Source: Eledone cirrhosa
Lineage: Eukaryota
Direction: 5' to 3'
Assembly: GCA_964016885.1 (NCBI GenBank)
Contig: OZ024742.1
Coordinates: forward strand, 70,618,001-70,682,000
Length of the DNA: 64,000 nucleotides
The notes below the pieces were generated by a model. The model was not told the DNA's origin. It did not search any database and was given only the letters and a program-made list of their open reading frames with translations. A program made the translations under genes and the position numbers. The stretch's first letter is position 1. The number at the start of each line of letters is the position of its first letter. Of the stretch, positions 55,318-64,000 are shown piece by piece.

Positions 55318-56690
55318 ACTTGAAATTGATTAACATATAAATAAACATGAATAATCACAGGAGATAATTTTTACAAGTGTGTAACCACACATAGCTAGGT
55401 AGGTAACTAAATAAAGTTGACCAGAACTTCAAAAATAGATACCTTATAATATGATTAATCTTCCCTGTATATATTCCATTAAAGAAATATATTTCACCAA
55501 TTAATCGGATGGTAAACCACGGAAGTGGATACTTGGATTTTCAACAAGGAAGAAGTTCCAGCGATCCGTGTTTACACTTCAAGTTCAAATCAGCGACTGG
55601 CCAGTAACACGTGCTATATCTACTAGAAATACACACATCACACTAGCTTCGTCCCAGTGGCGTGAATAGGGTTATCGACAACTAGAAACACCAGTCGAGT
55701 CCTTTCAACAGAGTTGAATATAGCACGTGTTACTGGCCAGTCGCTGATTTGAACTTGAAGTGTAAACACGGATCGCTGGAACTTCTTCCTTGTTGAAAAT
55801 CCAAGTATCCACTTCCGTGGTTTACCATCCGATTAATTGGTGAAATATATTTCTTTAATGGAATATATACAGGGAAGATTAATCATATTATAAAGTATCT
55901 ATTTTTGAAGTTCTGGTCAACTTTATGTAGTTACACATTTTTAAAAATTATCTCCTGTGATTATTCATGTTTATTTATATGTTAATCAATTTCTAGTTAT
56001 TATAAAATGCTCGGACCTACTCGTTAGAATCTTAGAGCTTATTTTGCGGGTGATATGGCGCATGTCTTTCTGGCATGGCACCCAGAATTTTGATTTGGAT
56101 TAAATTCATTTGATTTATCTTAATTTTGGATATAGATATATAAATACGGCTCCTTAATTGTAGAGCTAACTCTGTTGAAAGGACTCGACTGCTGTTTCTA
56201 GTTGTCGATAACCCTATTCACGCCACTGGGACGAAGCTAGTGTGATGTGTGTATTTCTAGTAGATATAGCACGTGTTACTGGCCAGTCGCTGATTTGAAC
56301 TTGAAGTGTAAACACGGATCGCTGGAACTTCTTCCTTGTTGAAAATCCAAGTATCCACTTCCGTGGTTTACCATCCGATTAATTGGTGAAATATATTTCT
56401 TTAATGGAATATATACAGGGAAGATTAATCATATTATAAGGTATCTATTTTTGAAGTTCTGGTCAACTTTATGTAGTTACCTACCTAGCTATGTGTGGTT
56501 ACACACTTGTAAAAATTATCTCCTGTGATTATTCATGTTTATTTATATGTTAATCAATTTCTAGTTATTATAAAATGCTCGGACCTACTCGTTAGAATCT
56601 TAGAGCTTATTTTGCGGGTGATATGGCGCATGACACCCATAATTTTGATTTGGATTAAATTCATTTGATTTATCTTAATTTTGGATATAT
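55313..56690 (+). mobile_element. ORF-less element: about 546-bp unit in partial tandem plus an inverted arm
   Basis: atatagcacgtgttactggccag occurs at 55718 and 56264; 55313-55716 is the reverse complement of 56168-56572; (TA)n on both sides. Confidence 0.85.
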
Positions 56691-57397
56691 ATATATATAT
56701 ATATTCAGCCGTGAGGTAGCCATTTCTAAAATCTAAAAAATCCTCTCATGTCCAATATCTTATCTATTTTATGATATTTCAATAGAAATTTGAAATCCTT
56801 ACTGAATTGTAAGTAGTAGTCCTTAAAAGGTAATTTTCAGTTTCTGGTTGGTCGAACGGCTGGGATCACTTGTGCTGCCTCTAGTCTAGTATATACTTAA
56901 TTTTATTGCATTTGCAATAAGAAAAAAATATTTCTTCGTTCGTTTTTGCAGATATTTCTCTCTGTTGTAATATTTGTCTTATCTGTTTGTACTTTTATAG
57001 ATGTAGACTTAATATCATCCACCTATTACGATTCCTGATTTAACCCTGCTCTAAATCTTCCTGTTTCAATTTAAATTGAATAAAATCTTTTGTCTGTTAA
57101 ATATCTTTGCATCTTTGTAATATTGTAATAATATTATAATTGACATCTGGTTGTGCTAAACATCCTCATATTTAAGTGCCTTCTGAAGTAAAGCAAGAAT
57201 CTGAGTTATGTATATGAAAGATTGCCTTGTCTTCACCTCTAATCTTCGACAGCAGACACTAATGAGAACCTCCTACTTAAATTGTGTGTGTGTGATATAA
57301 ATCTATCTATAAACGTATGGTTTCGGAAGTTTCCTGATGGACAACGACTTGACAGCCTATAAAAACAGAGTTTTCTTTGACCCGCACTCTATCAATT

Positions 57398-57715
57398 GTG
57401 AAGGCTTTAGTGGTTAGAGCATTGAACTCACAATCGTATGGTTGTGAGCTGGAATCCCGGCCTGGGCGGTGCATTGTGTTCTTGAGCAAAATTCTTTTTT
57501 CACGTTGCTCCAGTTTACACAGCTGTAGAAATTAGTTGCGATGTCACTGGTGCCAAGCTGTATCGACCATCGGTGGTGTGGAGAGGAGAGACTGGACTGG
57601 CATGCATGAGCGACTGCTGGTCTTCCATAAATATACCTTACCCAGGCTTGTGTCTTTAAGGGGAACTTTCTGGGTGCAAAACCATGTTCATTCGTGACCG
57701 AAGGGGAGGGGGGGC
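57398..57715 (+). mobile_element. tRNA-derived SINE (second family)
   Basis: tagtggttagagc A-box, a degenerate B-box, and a tgtgttcttgagcaa...cacgttgctccagt core. Confidence 0.7.
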
Positions 57716-57879
57716 TACAACTCTATCAATTCTAGTGTGAGCCATGGAACTATTGTTTCCCATACGCTCCCTTCTGTACCTTACTTCTAATAACACACTC
57801 CTTTGCGGATGATAATATCCTTCACTCACTTATACAACCGTCATCCACACGTAAACTAGACATTTCGCATTATTAGAGA

Positions 57880-59180
57880 CCTAAATCTAAACCTGCGCCC
57901 TTATTCAAATCAAGGTTGTGTGGCAGCATATCAAACTGTTCAAAAATTCCACTGGATAATGAACAGTTTCGTCCTTGTCGACAACTTTGTCGATCGATAG
58001 ATTTATAGGTCTGGCTACCTCCAGGGATCATTTGTGAGAGATTTTTGTTGATGGCATTCGCTGTGATGTTTGGGGGGGGGGGGCAAGGATTGTTCTTTCC
58101 ACAGCCATTCCTCGTTGGAATGGTGGATTTCAGAATTGGGGAACACTTTATTAATTAAATTATCAACGCTTTCCACAACAGTAGAAAATGATGAAGGATC
58201 AAAACATCTTTCAGTATCAAGTGATATTTTGCCTTCACCATGTTTTCGAGCAAACGCTGCACAAATGTTGTCATTGTGAAGTTGTATCCACATGCTAGTT
58301 CTTAAGTTGAGTTTGAGGATACGTGGCCATAAAGTTGACGATTTTAGGCAAGCTCGAACATTGATATCACAGGTAAAGTATGTCGGAAGTCCTCTGATAA
58401 AACGACAGTGATTCCTCCCAAAGTTGTTGTGTTGTTCCAGATATCTTTCAGTGTTCTGTCCAAGGCCTCCCTTGTGTGCTTGTGCGCCATTGTGCATTAA
58501 TCCCCCCAAATTTCCACAGGTCTTTGCAATACTTGAGCAACTCCCGAGTCCTTCTTTATATGACAAACGGACATTTCATTCAAACCGAGACCCAAGTCCA
58601 ATTTGAAAGCAGAATGGGCTGCCCAGCCTCCAGGTAAAAGTGTAACGGCAATTCCAGATGAAGCAGCCAGTAAAACTATGTTTTGGTCTTGTCGAATTTT
58701 AGAGAACAATATGTTTATCAAGGTCCGACCAGTTCCACTCGTGGCATCGATACAAAAATAGGCCACCATTCTGTTGTGTAATTAACTCAAGTATATTAAC
58801 TCAAGCATAATACTGCTTTTTGATCATCTAATAGTTTGGGCTCGTTTTCATTAACATAGGGGATGGAGTCTTCTACGTTGTGTAAAATTTCTCGCACAAT
58901 TTCACAATTTCTATCGGCACGAGGAAGGCCTAATAAATGCAGAGCAGGTCCATTTTCCGCCAGTTTGTCTTCAACTCCGATCAAAGCTGTGTTATAATGT
59001 TCGTCTAAAAAAGTTACTTCTATGTCAGGGTTTCCCAAATGTGCTTCCTGTTTGATGTCTTCGAAAATGTCGTTTCTATACGTCAGCCTTTAAGGAGTTC
59101 ATCAACGAGTTGAGGGCCTCTAATTTCATTAAGCAGCATCCTCAATTGGAAACATTCACGCTGTCTTGGATGTATATTGT
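57880..59180 (-). pseudogene. Helitron PIF1-like helicase relic
   Basis: IDATSGTGRT (Walker A relic), AASSGIAVTLLPGG.AHSAFKL, ACLKSSTLW and LKLNLRTSM motifs; multiple frameshifts. Confidence 0.85.
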
Positions 59181-59209
59181 GTAAATCTTTTGTGTGTATG
59201 TGTGTACGA

Positions 59210-59335
59210 TCGGTTTCTTCAGTTTCCGTCTATCAAATTCAACTTATCTCGAGGCTATAGAAAACACTTGCCCATGGTAACGCTCAGCGGGACTGAACTC
59301 AGAATTCTGTGATTGCAAAGCGAACTCCTTAACCA
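59210..59335 (-). mobile_element. CORE-like tRNA-derived SINE relic
   Basis: Reverse complement reads tggttaaggagttcgc...gagttcagtccc...atgggcaagtg. Confidence 0.6.
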
Positions 59336-59389
59336 TGTTTGCGTGTAGCAATGCCTAGACCCTGAACATGTGTGAGCAAAACAGTTTCA

Positions 59390-59600
59390 TCGTTCTACAC
59401 ACATCTTAGACAGGCCCAGCTGATCTCCGGGCCAAGCACCCTATCGAGTAACGTTACTCCGAAGACCCTTCAGATAACCCCATTCCGATCACTTGGATTC
59501 GCGAGTGTATTCTTTCAGTCATTACCCAAAATTCATGACCATAGGTAAGGTTAGGCAAGAACACCGAATTGAAGATAGAGAGTTTGGCTTCTACTGAAAT
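59390..59600 (-). pseudogene. RTE/Rex3-like LINE RT C-terminal fragment
   Basis: SVEAKLSIFNSVFLPNLTYGHEFWVMTERI translation. Confidence 0.65.
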
Positions 59601-60824
59601 CAGCGCCCTAGGTGGCTGCCTAGTTTGCCTGTATGGTAGCGCCGGCCCTGTGCCTACCCTTACCTTGAAATTAATTAAGAATTTAAATGGATTTATAATA
59701 TAACTAACTTTCTTATTTAAGTGATGTTTGGAACATCATTAAACTACGATGGAACTTTTAGATAAATATAAACACTTTAAAATAAACATCAGTTTCTGTT
59801 GTTGCGTCTACTGTTGCTGCTACTGCTACTGCTGCTGCTACTACTACTACTACCACGACGACCACTACTACTGCTGCTGCTGCTGCTTTATTTTCATGTT
59901 TGTTTTAGTATTTGTTTTCAAGTACATGGTTTTAATTTAAGAAGCGGCTTTGTTTTTATTTTATTTTATTTCCAAATCATTTCATCTGCCAGGATCAATA
60001 GTTTCACCCTTTCTTGTACTTCCAAGATCATTTTCATTTTCTTCATGTATTTTTTTAATATAGTATGTTTTGTGTTTTTCTGTTCATATAAAGCCCCCCC
60101 CCCCCCCTCTCTCTCTATATATATTTCCTTCAATAATGATTTGTCTTTTCATTTCGTTTTTTTTTTTATTCATTTATTGTTAGTTTCAGCCATTTTTTAT
60201 TCATTTATTGTTAGTTTCAGCCATTTTTAATGGACTTACGTCTCTGCCTTATTTGATTAGGGTCGATCCAAAGTTTCACTCGATGCTGCTATGGCTACTA
60301 AATATATTCGGTTATTTAACCAAAAGATGTTTGGGTTTACTTCAGTGGAAATAATTTATTGGAGATTCTGGCTGTATTACTTCTATTTAGCTATTATTTT
60401 CTTGAGAAAGATTTGTATTTTTTCGTTGATAACAGTTTATTGATTTTTTATTATGATCAGTTCTAATTTATTTATTGTTTCTCATAGATTTTCCTCATAG
60501 TTGATGGTGATTAATGTTTTATTTTTTCATTTATTTCTGTTAGTTTTTAAAAAATATATATTTGAAGTAGAGATTAAAGTTTAGTTATGGCTCTATGTAT
60601 TTATTTATTTATATAGCAATTGGTGAACAATAGCGTCGGTACTAACCAGCAAGTCAATCACAGGTTCACTGCATTTCGGATTGCGAGGATGCCGAACAAA
60701 TATCGCAAAGGATTTCGTTTGAAAAGCATGTGTTTTAAAGATGTTTCTACACACACACGCGCAATGGTTTCTGAATAAAGCACAAATAAAAGTACTTTAA
60801 TAACATTATAAATAACATTACATG

Positions 60825-61010
60825 GGGGATTGGCAATATCAGTAGAAGGTCGGACGCCATGCTTTCCAGCATAGTTACGTCCCTTTACGGTCTGAGTTCA
60901 AATCCCGCCAAGGTTAACTTTGCCTTTCATCCTTACGGGGTAGATAAAATAAAGTACCAGTAATGCACTGAGTAATTGCTGGCCTTGTGCCAAAAGTAGA
61001 AACAATTATA
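60825..61010 (+). mobile_element. tRNA-derived SINE, near full length
   Basis: tggcaatatcagtagaa head, gagttcaaatccc B-box, and the same core and tail as 30742. Confidence 0.8.
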
Positions 61011-61729
61011 AATAACATTACAAATCATTTGCAATTCTTTCAGAATGAAAATATAAACAGAGCATATAAATAAAAAAGTTAAAATTTAAAAGGATTGGTT
61101 GTGGCAACAACGCATGGAACCAACATGGAGCAATTGTATTGCACAATTATATATTCCTCCTTAACGTACACTGACAATTTTTCAAATTCAAACCCCCAAA
61201 AAATAAAATAGGCGAGGAACCGCCACTAGCTTCACAAGAAGAGATAACACATGACACCATCCCATCTCCCTCTTGAAATAACCTGAATCTATAGACAGGT
61301 GTGACTGAAAGGTCAATCCATGCTTACATTCTATTTCACAGAATTAGAAGCTTTGACCACTTGATAGAATTCAGGACCAGTAATGTAATCACTCTGTAAT
61401 TGTAAACATCTTGTATCACTATCATTCAGGTTTTGACTTTACTGCAGCCTTGCCCATGTGGATTTTTACACAAACTCACAATTTCTGATTTTACTGCGGA
61501 TTTACCCATGCGAAATATTACACAAACTCACAACCTTAGATTTTGTACTTCTAACGGTTTTATTTTCCTTCTCTTTGCATGTTTATTGCTCTTTCTCTTC
61601 CACTGTATTTACCTGCCTCTCAAATGACCACACTCATCTCCACGCACTTATAATCTTCTCCCCCCCCCTTTCCACTTTCTATCCCTCCCTCTGCTCACCC
61701 CTTACTTCGTCCTTGCACACAGCCCACCT

Positions 61730-64000
61730 ATGTCTTCGTTCAACCCGTCGGTGGCCCGATGGTTTGATCGAACTATCACCGGCGATTGCCGATTGATAAA
61801 GTTGCCACCACTTTAAGCTAGTCCACTCTAGGTGGCGGTGGCATGCGTCGAACGACCAAGAGACCTGCTTGGTGGAACGACTGTGACAACCGGTCAGCCT
61901 TCGACCTCTCATTCTCCACCAACTTCGGCACGCACAAGAGGAGCTAACTTGTCCCCGCCTAACCCCTCCTCCTCTTCACCGCAGATTCCGAGCGAATTCA
62001 ACCCGGCCAACCACACCACCCCTACAACTGGTAGCCCACCACCAACCTCCGCTCTAGTCCCACCGTTAGAACCACTGTTGCCTCCTTTACTGACTCAGTC
62101 CCTCCACCGAATTCCAACGCTGGCCCTTTACTGCCAACTGCTGCCAGCCCACCACCTGATTGCGCTCTCTGTGCCCGCACTAGCCGGTACTTAAAGACAA
62201 TTAAATGTCACCTATGCCACGCAAGTTATCACAGAAGCTGTGTCGGCATCACCAAAGCTCAAGCCGAAAGGCTTCAATACTGGACCTGTAATCGGAGCCA
62301 CTTCAACTCCGACGTATTCCGTGGGGATGCCCCACGCTTCGATGACCAACTTTCTACCGAGGACTTTTCCACAGCCCTCCAGGGTTTCTCCAAATCTAAG
62401 CTCATTAACCGGATCCCTAAGGGAGCTCGGAATAGCTTTGCACGTGCCCTCTCTAATTTATTGAAAAACGTTTGCTCGTCCAACAATAGGTCTGACTGGC
62501 AGAAATTGTTTTTGTTTTCTCTCATCTCTCTTCACGTGCACAATGCGGATTCGGGTTCCCTCACGTCCTCTCTCGAGCCGCAGTTCCAGCTGTTTAAGTC
62601 CACCCCAACCACCTCTCATCTCAGTTTGACATCGAGCTCGGTGTCCACCAACAGACAACCGGTAGACCTCAAACGAGCGGTCAATGCCAAATTTTACATT
62701 AAAGGGGCTGTCCGTCATCTCTCTTCTCTGTCCTACCTTGCTCCATGCAACTCTGATTCTCTTGAGCGACTGAAAGAGAAGCACCCATCGGCACCCCCCA
62801 GATGATCAGCTACACTGGCCCGAACCACCAGAATACTCGAGACCGGTTTACACCACCAATATTATCAGAAAGGTGATTTCATCCTTCCCCACTGGGTCAG
62901 GCGCGGGAGGTGACGGCCTTCGTCCTCAACACCTCAAGGATGGTATCTCCTTATCGGCCGGTGACACCGGACTCGAGCTCTTGGAGAGTCTGACTCAGTT
63001 TGTGGATCAGTTCTCTTTAGTGAACGTTCTCCCGTTCATCTTCCCCCTGTTCTTCGGTGCGAAGCTATTCGGTCTCACCAAGCCCAATGGAGACCTGCGC
63101 CCCATTGCGGTTGGCTGCACCCTTCACCCTCTGCCTGCAAATATGTGTTTACTATTGGTCTCCGACTTACTGGCGGAGGAATTTTCCCCATCCAGCTGGG
63201 AGTGGGTACCAAGTTGGGATGTGAGGCTCCTGTCCACGCTCTTTGTCCTCCAAGGTCATCCTCAAACTTGACCTCAGGAATTCCTTTAACTCCGTCAGCC
63301 GTGACGTCGTCCTCGGCTCAATAAGAAAGAGGGTCCCACAACTCTACCACTTTGCTTGGCAGGCTTATCGGGAGCCCTCCTACCTCTCTTTCGGTGACCA
63401 AAAAATCACCTCTGCCTCAGGAGTCCAACAGGGTGACCCACTCGGGCCCGCTCTGTTTGCACTGGACATTGATGACGTCACGAAGATGGGAGTTGAGTTG
63501 GACCTCAATATCTGGTACCTCGACGACGCCTGTTTGGGGGGAACTCCAGATATGGTTCTCACCACTGCCAACAAGATGGTTGAGGAGCTTGGCCGTCTTT
63601 AGGTCAATAGCTTCAAATGTGAGCTCTGGATCCTCAACCACCTGGCTTCTCAACACCAACAGCTAATCGATCTGTTTGCAGGTCCTTCCCTTCCATCGCG
63701 GTCCCTCCCCCGTCGGCTTGGTGCTCCTTAGGAGCCCCAATCACAGACCTTGCCTTCGAGTCAATCTTACAACCGAAGATGGTTGGCCTTGAGCAGCTGC
63801 TGAAGAATATTGAAGTTATCGGACCCCATCAAGATTTCTTCATACTCAGGAACTACCTGTCTATTCCTAAGCTTCTGTATCTGCTCAGGGTCAGCCCCTC
63901 TCACAGATTTCCGTCCTGCCTCCAACGCTTCGACGACCTAATCTTCGAGAGACTCGAGTGCTTGGTCAATGTTAGACTCTCTCCAGCCTCCCGCGATCAG
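61730..64000 (+). pseudogene. CRE-like non-LTR retrotransposon RT, frameshifted, runs off the window
   Basis: LKEKHP, GSGAGGDGLRPQHLKD, GDLRPIAVG, KLDLRNSFNSV, GVQQGDPLGPALF and WYLDD motifs. Confidence 0.82.

Noticed and set aside
57398-57470. tRNA gene
   Set aside because: Degenerate B-box, no complete cloverleaf, and it continues into a SINE body.

Overview
Eukaryotic, AT-rich, microsatellite-dense window made up almost entirely of transposable elements. The SINE and microsatellite content resembles octopus/cephalopod DNA (inference). No host protein-coding gene can be supported. (1) About a dozen Penelope-like element (PLE) insertions from several unrelated families are present. Almost all are fold-backs: a main arm plus an inverted copy of its own 3' end, with both outer ends abutting (TA)n. 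Many carry hammerhead-ribozyme (HHR) motifs, some canonical and some with variant cores. (2) A full-length L1/Tx1-type LINE with two intact ORFs (36514-42297, +) is inserted antisense, with a 17-bp TSD, into the endonuclease domain of a related L1/Tx1 element (33427-44955, -). (3) There are Helitron coding relics and non-autonomous Helitrons, MITEs, tRNA-derived SINEs, and CRE-like and RTE-like LINE fragments. The most interesting signal is the repeated PLE pattern: TA-anchored fold-back, junction microhomology or mini-hairpin, and a hammerhead motif, including ORF-less tandem/inverted units. All calls were made by eye without alignment or folding software. Repeat boundaries are approximate (about +/-10-30 bp) and clade names are tentative.
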